Shown here: piece by piece, positions 37,046-45,585 of the stretch
Position numbering within the stretch: position 1 is the stretch's first letter
Layout: each line of letters opens with the position of its first letter
Source of the DNA: Candidatus Aenigmatarchaeota archaeon
GTDB taxonomy: Archaea > Aenigmatarchaeota > Aenigmatarchaeia > QMZP01
Length of the DNA: 49,982 bases
Reading direction: 5' to 3'
Assembly (NCBI GenBank): GCA_017609225.1
Contig: JAFCEK010000001.1
Span: 1-49,982 of the forward strand
The notes under the pieces: model-generated
The model's input: only the letters and a program-made list of their open reading frames with translations
Databases searched by the model: none
What the model was told of the DNA's origin: nothing
Program-made: the position numbers and the translations under genes

Positions 37046-37183
37046 ATGTACAGGTGTCTTAACTGCGGAAAGCAGGTAGAGCTGGACTTAAAGACAGCCA
37101 AAAAAGTAATCTGCCCCTACTGCGGCTACAGGATTCTGAAAAAGGAAAGGCCAAAGGTAATAAAAAAGGTAAGGGCAATATAA
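37046..37183 (+). CDS. rpoP: DNA-directed RNA polymerase subunit P (Rpo12), 45 aa
   Basis: Not in the ORF track. Manual translation gives MYRCLNCGKQVELDLKTAKKVICPYCGYRILKKERPKVIKKVRAI*. It has a CxxC...CxxC zinc ribbon and the typical KERP...VKAx tail. It sits in the conserved position after rpl37ae. Confidence 0.85.
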   Translation: MYRCLNCGKQVELDLKTAKKVICPYCGYRILKKERPKVIKKVRAI

Positions 37184-37184
37184 T

Positions 37185-37294
37185 GTTGCCTCCGTATATC
37201 CGCCTACTAAAGTCGGCGGTTTTCTTGGCGAGGCAACAGCTGTTGAACCAGAACCATACATCCACTGTTTGAAAACAATGGTTTTCTGGTTCAG
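37185..37294 (-). repeat. MITE-like two-hairpin repeat, copy 4 (inverted; between the rpoP stop and pfdB)
   Basis: The reverse complement matches copies 1-3. It begins 2 nt after the rpoP TAA and runs up to the truncated N-terminus of pfdB. Confidence 0.85.
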
Positions 37295-37321
37295 GCATAC
37301 CAGCAGCAGATACAGGGCCTG

Positions 37322-37591
37322 ATGGCGCAGAAGGAAGCGCTAAATATGCAGCTCATGGAAATAAGAAAAGCCCTTGAGGAGCTGGAAAAAACAAAAGAAA
37401 AAGAGGTTTACAGGCTTTCGGGTCCCATTCTGATAAAATCAACAAAGGCGGAAGTAAAAAGCATGCTTAAGGACAAAGAAGAGCTTATAAACATGAAAAT
37501 AAAAACCCTGGAAAAGGGAGAAAAAAAGATGAAAGGAAAGATTGAAGAGCTCAGAGACAAACTCACAAAAAATGATTCAGATGCAGGCTAG
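37322..37591 (+). CDS. pfdB: Prefoldin beta subunit (N-terminally short)
   Basis: MAQKEALNMQLMEIRKALEELEK...VYRLSGPILIKSTKAEV...coiled coil. The in-frame upstream codons AYQQQIQGL continue the expected prefoldin N-terminal helix but run into the repeat with no start codon. Confidence 0.8.
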   Translation: MAQKEALNMQLMEIRKALEELEKTKEKEVYRLSGPILIKSTKAEVKSMLKDKEELINMKIKTLEKGEKKMKGKIEELRDKLTKNDSDAG

Positions 37592-37616
37592 CTTGCAAGG
37601 CCATGGAGGTGTTCAT

Positions 37617-37877
37617 ATGAACAAGGAGATAGTCACCTTTCTTGAAGATATAATAAATGACAGGGGAATTCCCAGAAACATAAAAACAAACCTTGAAAAT
37701 TCAATGGAGATGCTGAATGAAAAAGAAACCACAGAAGAGGAGAAACTTGCTGATATAATATCCATTCTTGATGAGGCCTCAACAGACCCCAATGTATCAT
37801 TTCACACAAGAACCCTTATCTGGAATACGATTTCTTTCCTTGAGGAAATGAAAAACAGAACACAGAAAGAGCGTTAA
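37617..37877 (+). CDS. UPF0147-family small helical protein
   Basis: The ATG at 37617 is preceded by GGAGGTG. The sequence IINDRGIPRNIKTNLE...STDPNVSFHTRTLIWN fits the UPF0147 pattern. Confidence 0.6.
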   Translation: MNKEIVTFLEDIINDRGIPRNIKTNLENSMEMLNEKETTEEEKLADIISILDEASTDPNVSFHTRTLIWNTISFLEEMKNRTQKER

Positions 37878-37983
37878 GCTGTTGTTGAGCTGGCAATATG
37901 GCAGCATTTAAGGAACTGGTTTTAACCATAAATCTTATAAAGCTTACTTTCATATACTGATATACTGCATTTAAGGATGAAAA

Positions 37984-38108
37984 GAAAGGCCTTCTCTGCT
38001 AATACAGCGAGAAGGCTGCATAGCTAAATAAGTGGAGGTATCATAAGAGGCATTCTCCACTTGTATAGCAAACAAGTTGGAGAACTAAATAAGTGGAGGT
38101 AGTATGCT
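37984..38108 (+). promoter_or_regulatory. sepF leader: near-duplicate of the psmA leader (two hairpin-plus-AAGTGGAGGTA modules)
   Basis: 52 nt (gcattctccacttgtatagcaaacaagttggagaactaaataagtggaggta) are identical to 32823-32874. The preceding module differs at only a few positions. Confidence 0.6.
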
Positions 38109-38462
38109 ATGGGATTCAACATTCTGAAAAGAGGCGCTGAAATAGAAGAAGAGGTTGAGGAGCCATCAGAGGAGTACATAGAAGTTAATGTCATGGATTC
38201 CGGAGCCAAAAAAGGCGCCATAGGAATAAAGATAGAGAAACTTAACGAATTTGCTGACACAGAAAGGGTCCTGAGGGCAGTAAGAGACGGAAACATAATC
38301 TTCCTCAAGATAAAGGGACTCAAGGAAAAGGACATAGGAGAGCTTAAAAGGGCAGTGGACAAGCTGAAAAAGGCAATAACAGCAAACAACGGAGACATTG
38401 CAGGCGTTGAGCAGGACTGGCTCGTTTTAACACCGGAATTCGCAACGGTGCACAGAGAATAA
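38109..38462 (+). CDS. sepF: SepF-like cell division protein (DUF552)
   Basis: Acidic N-terminal linker followed by IKIEKLNEFADTERVLRAVRDGNIIFLKIKGL...GDIAGVEQDWLVLTP, the SepF core pattern. Confidence 0.7.
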   Translation: MGFNILKRGAEIEEEVEEPSEEYIEVNVMDSGAKKGAIGIKIEKLNEFADTERVLRAVRDGNIIFLKIKGLKEKDIGELKRAVDKLKKAITANNGDIAGVEQDWLVLTPEFATVHRE

Positions 38463-38519
38463 AATGCCAGAGCAATTCCGCTTGCATGCCTGTGGAAATA
38501 CCAAGCGGAAGCATCATTT

Positions 38520-40400
38520 CTATTTTAATCTCACTGTTTCCATGTTTTTTGGCGCCATGGTTTCGCATCTGAACATCTTGTGAATATCCCTTGCAAGCTC
38601 CGTGCATTTTCTGCTTTCACCATGGTTTACTATAACCCTTTCAGGCCTGCTTGCCAGTTTGTACATATATTTTATAAGCTCATTCCTTCCCGAATGACCT
38701 GACAAACCATCCAGGGTTTTCACTTCCATCTCTATTTTAAGCGCCTTTGTTTTTCCGCCTTCCCCTGTTATGGGTATTTCCTTCCAGCCCTTCTGAATCC
38801 TGCTTCCAAGGCTTGCAGGTGACTGCCATCCAACAAAAACAAGCATGTTCTTTTTGTCATGCGCAAAGCCCTTCAGATATTCCACTGAAGGACCTCCTAT
38901 AAGCATGCCTGAGGTTGCAATCACAACACATGGCTCTGCAGAATCTATTATATCATTCCTTTCCTTTGGGGCAACCCTGTGAAACATTTCTGAAATAAAG
39001 GGATTTTTCCCCCTGTGGAATATGTCCCTCTGGAGATAATGGGACAGATATTCAGGATATGCTGTATGTATTGCTGTTGCATCCCAGACCATGCCCTCCA
39101 TGTAAACAGGATGATCAAAATTATATGCTGCAAGTATGGTCATAACCTCCTGGGCTCTTCCCACAGCAAAGCTTGGTATCAGAACCTTACCCCCTCTTTT
39201 CATTGTGTCATTAACCATTTTCATAAACTCCTCCTCAACCTGCTTTCTGGGCGGGGTTATATCCTCTGATGCTCCATATGTTGATTCAATGATAAGTGTT
39301 TCAACCCTCTGGAAATCAGTGTAGGCAGGGTTAAAGAGCCTTGAAGGCCCGAATTTCATATCCCCTGTATAGAGTATGTTGTGCAAACCTTCTCCAATAT
39401 GGAGATGTATCATTGAGCTTCCCAGAAGATGCCCTGCAGGCTGGAATGTCAGCCTCATGTTGGGGCATATATCAGAAACCTCTCCATAATTCAAAACAAC
39501 AGAATGCTTAACAGCCTTTTCAACATCCTTTTTTGAGTAGTATAATTTTTTGCCCTCTTTCTGGCACACATCAATATAATCCAGGCACAGCAGAACCATA
39601 AGGTCCCTTGTTGGCGCAGTGCAGTAGAAAGGGCCTTTAAACCCGTTTTTGTAAAGCCATGGTATGTATGCGCAATGGTCTATATGGCTGTGCGTAAGGC
39701 ATATTGCATTGAGTTCATCCATATTAAACTCGGGAAGATTAAGATATGGAACCTCATCAGAGCCGGGTTCAATCCCGCAGTCAAGAAGCACATTGGAATG
39801 CGGTGTCTGCACAAGAATAGAGCTTCTTCCCACCTGCCTGAAGCCGCCAAGGGCAGAGATTCTTATCCATTCCTTGTTTTTATCCCCTATCTCTATCTCG
39901 CTGTTTATCTTCTGTCCAACCCTGTTAAGGAATTTTTTCCTGTAATCTATTTCAGAATGCAGAAAGTTTCTAACAGCCCTTACTATCTCCGAGTCTATGG
40001 CAGGCGCCCTCTCTATTTTCGGAAGCCATAATGTTTCTGTTTTTATTCTCTTGTATGTTTCACCACCCTTCCCTATAACAAGCCCTGGTTTTTTTGCCTC
40101 TATTATAACCTTGCCAAGCTCAGGTTCAAAATAGATTGCCTGTATTCCTGCCTCTTCAGGAACTATTTTGTTTATAATCTCCTTTGTTTTTTCCTGGTCT
40201 GTTGTTATGGTCAAATCCGGCCTTACCTCTACCCTTTTCTTCAGCTCCTTGACTATATTTTTTATCATCTCTTCGCTGTTCTGGAAGAACTCCCTGCTTT
40301 TTGTGTATATGACAAGCTCCGAGCCCTCAAACTTCACCTCGGATACCTTTGCATCTGCAGGCAGCCTTCCCTGGAGTTCTTTCAGAATATTTACACTCAT
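38520..40400 (-). CDS. aCPSF1: aCPSF1 ribonuclease (KH-KH, metallo-beta-lactamase, beta-CASP)
   Basis: 626 aa. N-terminal KH region (GLVIGKGGETYKRI), the HSHIDHCAY metallo-beta-lactamase motif, and a beta-CASP C-terminal region. Confidence 0.92.
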   Translation of the reverse strand: MSVNILKELQGRLPADAKVSEVKFEGSELVIYTKSREFFQNSEEMIKNIVKELKKRVEVRPDLTITTDQEKTKEIINKIVPEEAGIQAIYFEPELGKVIIEAKKPGLVIGKGGETYKRIKTETLWLPKIERAPAIDSEIVRAVRNFLHSEIDYRKKFLNRVGQKINSEIEIGDKNKEWIRISALGGFRQVGRSSILVQTPHSNVLLDCGIEPGSDEVPYLNLPEFNMDELNAICLTHSHIDHCAYIPWLYKNGFKGPFYCTAPTRDLMVLLCLDYIDVCQKEGKKLYYSKKDVEKAVKHSVVLNYGEVSDICPNMRLTFQPAGHLLGSSMIHLHIGEGLHNILYTGDMKFGPSRLFNPAYTDFQRVETLIIESTYGASEDITPPRKQVEEEFMKMVNDTMKRGGKVLIPSFAVGRAQEVMTILAAYNFDHPVYMEGMVWDATAIHTAYPEYLSHYLQRDIFHRGKNPFISEMFHRVAPKERNDIIDSAEPCVVIATSGMLIGGPSVEYLKGFAHDKKNMLVFVGWQSPASLGSRIQKGWKEIPITGEGGKTKALKIEMEVKTLDGLSGHSGRNELIKYMYKLASRPERVIVNHGESRKCTELARDIHKMFRCETMAPKNMETVRLK

Positions 40401-40461
40401 TCAACCACTCTTTAACATATTCAACAACTTCTGCCCTATCCAAAATCAGTGAACATTAAAA

Positions 40462-41094
40462 CTAATTTCCTATGAGCTTTTTAATCTCTTCCTGGGGCAC
40501 CATCCTAAATCCTCTTGAGTCAATAACAGCAACATCAATGCCTTCACCGCCTGATGCTATGTCCCTTTTTGTTGCTGCCTTAACCGCCCTTACCACAAGT
40601 TTTTTTGCATCTTCAACATTCATATCCCTTGCAAACCCATCCTCCAGGACACCAAATGCAATGGGAGAGCCCGAGCCTGTTGAGAAGTATTCCTTTTCCT
40701 CCATAACAGAGCCGTCCGGAGCCAGGCTGAAAAGCCTTGGCTGGTCATCATATCCTCCTATCACAAGCTGGACAATGTAGGGAAAAAACCTCCTTGAGTA
40801 TAATATATTGGCAACCAGGTTGGCTGCAGCCTTTATGCTTATATCCCTTTCCTCCTGAAGATTGTAAAGCTTTATCTCCGCCTTTATATACCTTTCAATT
40901 GCCTGTGCATCGCCAACAACGCCGGCAATGCTCATGCCTATCCTTTTGTCTATCTGCAGTATCTTCTTTGCTGCCTTGCTCGCCACAAGATAGCCCATGG
41001 TTGCTTTTTTCTCTGCAGCAAGAATAACCGCATCCTTACATACAACCCCCACGGTTGTTGTTCCTGTTTTTAATTTCTTAATTTCGTTATCCAT
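40462..41094 (-). CDS. psmB: 20S proteasome beta subunit
   Basis: Propeptide MDNEIKKLKTG followed by the catalytic TTTVGVVCKDAVILA. The ATG at 41094 avoids overlap with the upstream gene. Confidence 0.9.
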   Translation of the reverse strand: MDNEIKKLKTGTTTVGVVCKDAVILAAEKKATMGYLVASKAAKKILQIDKRIGMSIAGVVGDAQAIERYIKAEIKLYNLQEERDISIKAAANLVANILYSRRFFPYIVQLVIGGYDDQPRLFSLAPDGSVMEEKEYFSTGSGSPIAFGVLEDGFARDMNVEDAKKLVVRAVKAATKRDIASGGEGIDVAVIDSRGFRMVPQEEIKKLIGN

Positions 41095-41152
41095 AAGAAT
41101 CAGTTTATTATGTTTTGTGAATTTGGGTTTATAAAGCTTGCGGTTTTGCTTA

Positions 41153-41578
41153 TCAGCCCTCACTTTTTATTTTTTCCCTTATTTTTGGCATTATGCTTGA
41201 TAAATCAATCTCATACTTCCCCGGCCCGACTCTTATAACTATGGGCTTCTGCTTGAACAGTGTTGTGACATCAATCCTGTACTTTCCGGGCTTTATCACC
41301 CTGATTGCCTCTACATCAAGAACCACAACATCCTCAGGCTTCAGTTCCCTGCCCTCTTCAGAAACAATATCCCTGATATCCTCTTCAATCTCCTTTACCT
41401 CCTCTTTGCTGAGCTTCTCTATATCGGTTTCTGCCTGCTTCAGATCCTCCTGCCTGACAAAGAAAAAGAACTTTGAACCGCACCTGTCGCATCCGTTCAT
41501 AAGATACTCAGCATTGTCAGGATGTATCTTCCCGCAGCCCGTGCATTTGTTCGGCATATCATTCACCAATTCCAGCAA
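41153..41578 (-). CDS. Zn-ribbon protein (DUF2072-like)
   Basis: CTGCGK...CDRCGSKFFFF zinc ribbon, an acidic linker, and a C-terminal beta-rich domain. Confidence 0.6.
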   Translation of the reverse strand: MLELVNDMPNKCTGCGKIHPDNAEYLMNGCDRCGSKFFFFVRQEDLKQAETDIEKLSKEEVKEIEEDIRDIVSEEGRELKPEDVVVLDVEAIRVIKPGKYRIDVTTLFKQKPIVIRVGPGKYEIDLSSIMPKIREKIKSEG

Positions 41579-41663
41579 AATATAATAAAAACCTCAATTT
41601 CGGCCTGTATATAATTGAAGGCAGTATTAATAAATTTGTTATCTGCAAATTTTTTAAAACCAA

Positions 41664-42020
41664 CTACATATACAGAAGCAAATCCTCGGGGTCTCTTTTT
41701 ATTTTGCGGACAATCTTTGCAGGCCCTATTATCGTGAATCCCCTTTTCTTGCCTATTATGGTTTCTATTATACTGTTCCTTATTTTTTCAAATGGGGTTG
41801 TTTTGTCACCTGAACTTAAATCAAGAGAGCCCAGCTCAATCCCCTTGAATCTTGAGGAAACCTCCTCCATGGTCTCCTTTATAATAAGCGCCTCTTCCTC
41901 GGGGTTGAGCTTTGCATCAATAAGAATTATTGTGTCTTTCTGTAGGTCATTTAGAAAGCTTTTGATACCATCCTTCTTGAACTTCTCATATGGTATCATT
42001 TTTATCATAATATTTTTCAT
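41664..42020 (-). CDS. DUF2073-like archaeal conserved protein
   Basis: MKNIMIKMIPYEKFKKDG...ILIDAKLNPEEEALIIKETME. It lies between the Zn-ribbon protein and the GTPase, as in the conserved archaeal triad. Confidence 0.5.
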   Translation of the reverse strand: MKNIMIKMIPYEKFKKDGIKSFLNDLQKDTIILIDAKLNPEEEALIIKETMEEVSSRFKGIELGSLDLSSGDKTTPFEKIRNSIIETIIGKKRGFTIIGPAKIVRKIKRDPEDLLLYM

Positions 42021-42060
42021 ATCGCTTACCTTTGGATTTTCCGGCAGATTAACGGCCCAG

Positions 42061-42723
42061 TCACAATGCATTGAAGAGCTCCTTGTACAGCTCATCAATA
42101 TTAAATCCTGTTTTTGCAGATATGCCTATTGTTTTGTAGTTCGGGAATGCAGACCTTACCCTGCTTGCCTTTGACCTCTTTAAATCAACCTTGTTGGCCA
42201 CTATAAGAAGGGGGATTTTCCTTGCATCCAGGTTGCCCAGGATTGTTATGTTCACCTGGGTAAGAGGGTCCTTTGTTGAGTCAAGAACAACCAGCACAAG
42301 GTCCATGTCATCAAGCCATTTTATGGCCTCTATCACACCTTTTGTGGCTTCCTTTGCCCTCTGCTTTGCTGTCCTTTTCTTAAGGCCGTATTTGATGAAA
42401 TCCTCAAAATCTATTTTTGTTGCTATGCCAGGAGTATCAACAAGATTGAATGTAAGGCTTTTTCCATTATCCTTTATGGTTACGCTCTCCTTCATTTTCA
42501 CTTCCCTGGTTTCATGCGGTATAACAGAAACCTTTCCCAGCTCCTCGCCAAGCCAGTCCATGCATATTTTATTGGCAAGCGTGGTTTTCCCGGAATTGAC
42601 AGGCCCATAAAGACCTATCTTTATGTTCTTCCTTTTCCTGAAAATCCTGGAAACCAGAGAACGCAGTTTTCTTCCAATTCTCCTTAAAACCATTAAATCA
42701 CCAAATTCTGTCTGCGGAACCAT
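42061..42723 (-). CDS. Small GTP-binding protein
   Basis: G1 [10 protein letters not shown]3 DTPG, G4 NKVD. Confidence 0.85.
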   Translation of the reverse strand: MVPQTEFGDLMVLRRIGRKLRSLVSRIFRKRKNIKIGLYGPVNSGKTTLANKICMDWLGEELGKVSVIPHETREVKMKESVTIKDNGKSLTFNLVDTPGIATKIDFEDFIKYGLKKRTAKQRAKEATKGVIEAIKWLDDMDLVLVVLDSTKDPLTQVNITILGNLDARKIPLLIVANKVDLKRSKASRVRSAFPNYKTIGISAKTGFNIDELYKELFNAL

Positions 42724-42809
42724 CTGGACATATCAGCGGAAATATGGTTTATATTTGGGAAATTGATATATATTTGTTGACTTCAGAAGCCGGAAATAAA
42801 TGAAAAAAA

Positions 42810-43011
42810 TGCGCCGACCGGGATTTCCGCGATTGTTTCCCTGCATGGTTTCGAACCCGGATCGAGGGCTTTCTTCGTAAGGCGGTTTTTGCCTTAAGGC
42901 TTTTGCAGAAGGCTGAAGCCTCTAAAAAGCCTTGCTTGGAAGGCCCGCATCCTTTAATGGCAGCCCTTCCCCTCCTCATAAAGAAAGGCTCTACCATTAG
43001 ACTATCGGCGC
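42810..43011 (-). tRNA. tRNA-Gly(UCC) with three predicted introns (D-arm, canonical 37/38, T-loop)
   Basis: Predicted exons are 43011-42991, 42951-42937, 42870-42850 and 42823-42810. They assemble into a 71-nt cloverleaf with a perfect 7-bp acceptor (GCGCCGA/TCGGCGC), a 5-bp T-stem (CCGGG/CCCGG), T-loop TTCGAAT and anticodon loop CTTCCAA. The 37/38 intron forms a textbook bulge-helix-bulge. A poly-T tract follows the 3' end. Confidence 0.7.
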
Positions 43012-43067
43012 GTGACAAACCAATGACCGCTGGTTAATTCAGTATTAGCTGCCATAATTTTATATTA

Positions 43068-43589
43068 TTACTCAATATCATCAAAGTTCAGGTCTTCAAA
43101 TTCCTCATCCTCAGGCTCCTCTTCCTCCTTGCCCTGAACATTTGCAGGCTTCTGCACAGCCTTTGCTGATGCGCCTGAAATTGCCTCAACTATCTTGTCC
43201 AGGGTTTTTTCATCCATTTTTTTGACCTGAAGCATGCCTTCAAGGCTCACTGGGCCCTCTGTCAAAAATCTTGGTATCACATGGAAATGTGCATGCGCAA
43301 CAACCTGGCCTGCTGCCTTGCCATTGCTCTGCGCAATGGAAATTCCCTGCGCATTCATTCCGTTCATTACCATGCCTGCAATCCTTCTCACAGATTCAAA
43401 AAGCCTGCCTGCCTCCTTTTCCGGCATATCCAGGAGGGTTTCATAATGTTTCTTTGGTATTACCAGCGTATGTCCGGGATTCCTTGGGTTTATATCAAGG
43501 AATGCAAAGGACACATCATCCTCATAAACCTTTTTTGCCGGTATATCTCCCTTTACTATTCTGCAGAACAGGCATTCGCCTTCTTCCAT
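43068..43589 (-). CDS. HIT-family nucleotide hydrolase with an acidic C-terminal tail
   Basis: Histidine triad HAHFHVIP. N-terminal CLFCRIVKGDIPAKKVYEDD. Confidence 0.88.
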   Translation of the reverse strand: MEEGECLFCRIVKGDIPAKKVYEDDVSFAFLDINPRNPGHTLVIPKKHYETLLDMPEKEAGRLFESVRRIAGMVMNGMNAQGISIAQSNGKAAGQVVAHAHFHVIPRFLTEGPVSLEGMLQVKKMDEKTLDKIVEAISGASAKAVQKPANVQGKEEEEPEDEEFEDLNFDDIE

Positions 43590-43866
43590 TACACAACCTC
43601 CTTGCAGCCGATACATACATAACTGCTGCCGGCTGCCTTTATGGGGCCATCCGGATGTTCAGCAAGCCGGTGCTGCCGGCATGCATTTGAACCGGAGTCG
43701 GCGGCTGTTCCGCAGAAGCTGCACAATGCATGCAGCCATCTGGCCCAAAGCCGCAATGCTAACCAAACTACACCATGGCTTCATGCAGGCATTTGCCTGT
43801 CCCATGCACATGGCCCCTGTGAATTAATAACATTTTCTTTGTTGTGTTTAAAAACCTTTATGGTCA

Positions 43867-43962
43867 AGCCCCGGGCCGGAATATCAGACAACACCCGTTG
43901 CCTTTTGAACCGGCGACCTGTGCTTTACGAGAGCACCGCTCTGCCAGCTGAGCTACCGAGGC
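43867..43962 (-). tRNA. tRNA-Thr(CGU) with a 23-nt intron in the T-loop
   Basis: Acceptor GCCTCGG/CCGGGGC (one G-U), D-arm GCTC-AGCTGGCA-GAGC, anticodon arm GTGCT-CTCGTAA-AGCAC. The T-stem GCCGG/CCGGC encloses 30 nt instead of 7. Removing 43881-43903 gives the T-loop TTCAAAT. Confidence 0.8.
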
Positions 43963-44024
43963 ATGCACAATCCCCATAAGCATGCTGGGCAACACTTTTA
44001 ATATTGAAATTCATGTATTAAATT

Positions 44025-45038
44025 ATGAAGCAGGCGCTGTTTTATATAAAAAAGCCGGGCGGCATGGTTCAGTGCACGCTCTGCCCCAGATTCTGCATGA
44101 TTGCTGATGGCAAAACCGGATTTTGCAGCGTAAGGAAAAAAAAAAAAGGCAGACTTGTGTCACTTGTGTATGCAAGGCCATGCTCTGTAAATGCTGACCC
44201 CATAGAAAAAAAGCCATTGTTCCATTTTGCGCCCGGAACATCCTGCCTGAGCATATGCACTGTTGGATGCAACCTTGACTGCGCCTTCTGCCAGAACTGG
44301 GAGATATCGCATCCTGAAAGCATATTCGGTGATAATGTCCCTCCTGAAAGAATAGTTGAGATAGCAAGAGAGAACAGCCTGCCCGGCATTGCATACACAT
44401 ATACAGAGCCCACAATATTCTATGAGTATACCCTGGACTGCATGAAGCTTGCAAAAAAGGCAGGGCTTTACAATGTATGGGTTTCAAACGGCTACATAAA
44501 CCCAGAACCTGCAAAAAAGGTTTCAAGATATCTTGATGCCATAAATGTGGATTTAAAGGGCGATATAAAATTCTACCAGAAGCTCTGCGCTGTGCCAGAT
44601 GAGGAACCCATGAAAAAGGCGCTGAAGATATACAGGGAAAATAATGTATGGATTGAAGTCACAAACCTTGTTATACCCGGATACAATGACATGGAAAGGC
44701 AAATATCCGGGCTTGTTGCCTGGGTAAGGAAAGCCCTGGGACCGGAAACACCGATGCATTTTTCCAGGTTTTTTCCCCATTACAAAATGAGCCATGCCAT
44801 GCCAACCCCACCGGAAAAACTGGAAAAGGCTGCAGGGATTGCTGAAAAGGCAGATATGCATTATGTTTATGTTGGCAACATGCCAAACAAAAGAGAGAAC
44901 ACACACTGCCCGAAATGCGGGGCTGTTGCTATAAAAAGAAACGGTTATAATACAGAATTGTATGTTGACAAAAAAGGCAGGTGCAGACAATGCAGCACCA
45001 GGATAGCGCTTGCCGGAATGAAATGGACAGGGGACTGA
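44025..45038 (+). CDS. Radical SAM enzyme, AmmeMemoRadiSam / PFL-activase-like
   Basis: CTVGCNLDCAFCQNW (C-x3-C-x2-C), an N-terminal C-x2-C...C motif, and a C-terminal CPKCG...CRQC zinc-ribbon-like pair. Confidence 0.8.
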   Translation: MKQALFYIKKPGGMVQCTLCPRFCMIADGKTGFCSVRKKKKGRLVSLVYARPCSVNADPIEKKPLFHFAPGTSCLSICTVGCNLDCAFCQNWEISHPESIFGDNVPPERIVEIARENSLPGIAYTYTEPTIFYEYTLDCMKLAKKAGLYNVWVSNGYINPEPAKKVSRYLDAINVDLKGDIKFYQKLCAVPDEEPMKKALKIYRENNVWIEVTNLVIPGYNDMERQISGLVAWVRKALGPETPMHFSRFFPHYKMSHAMPTPPEKLEKAAGIAEKADMHYVYVGNMPNKRENTHCPKCGAVAIKRNGYNTELYVDKKGRCRQCSTRIALAGMKWTGD

Positions 45039-45039
45039 A

Positions 45040-45585
45040 ATGAAGGTTCTGGCAATATGCGGCTCGCCAAGGAAAGGCAACACAGAGACAATGCTGAAAG
45101 AGGTATTAAGAGGAGCAAGAGACGCGGGAGCAGAGACAGAGCTGGTTCTCCTCAGGGAAAAGAAGATAAATTACTGCACAGGATGCGAGAAATGCAAGGA
45201 TGGAGATTGTATTTTTGATGATGATATGAATGAAATTCTTGAAAAAATGATGAAAGCTGACCTAATAGTAATAGGCTCGCCAAATTATTTCAGCAATGTT
45301 CCCGGAATACTGAAATCAATGATAGATAGGACAGACCCCCTGTATCATCAGGGAGAGAAACTGAAAGGAAAAAAAGCAGCGGCTGTCTTTGTTGGAGAGG
45401 TTGAAACAGAAACTCTTAAAAGAGCTGTTATTGATTTTATTGAGAGTTGCCAGATGGAGCTTGTAAAATCCATGAAGGCAAAGGCAGGTTCCCCGGATGA
45501 AATTTCAAAAAACAGGGAAAAAATGGAGGAATGCTATGCATTTGGACAGGAAATTGTAAAAGATATAAATAAGACAGGGAAATGA
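45040..45585 (+). CDS. Iron-sulfur flavoprotein / NADPH-dependent FMN reductase family
   Basis: MKVLAICGSPRKGNT flavodoxin-like start. Compact Cys cluster CTGCEKCKDGDC. Confidence 0.8.
   Translation: MKVLAICGSPRKGNTETMLKEVLRGARDAGAETELVLLREKKINYCTGCEKCKDGDCIFDDDMNEILEKMMKADLIVIGSPNYFSNVPGILKSMIDRTDPLYHQGEKLKGKKAAAVFVGEVETETLKRAVIDFIESCQMELVKSMKAKAGSPDEISKNREKMEECYAFGQEIVKDINKTGK

Noticed and set aside
37059-37298. Three ORF-track entries share the peptide EPENHCFQTVDVWFWFNSCCLAKKTADFSR (37059-37298 -, 27102-27497 +, and the tail of 1146-1586 +), which looks like a conserved small protein
   Set aside because: The shared peptide is simply the translation of the ~110-bp two-hairpin repeat. The flanking parts of each ORF are unrelated. 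Copy 2 has no such ORF, and the sequence is dominated by stem-forming inverted repeats.
42749-43018. 89-aa ORF (minus strand), and the 112-aa ORF at 43641-43979 (+)
   Set aside because: Both overlap the tRNA-Gly and tRNA-Thr genes respectively. They have no SD or start context, and their translations are low-complexity.
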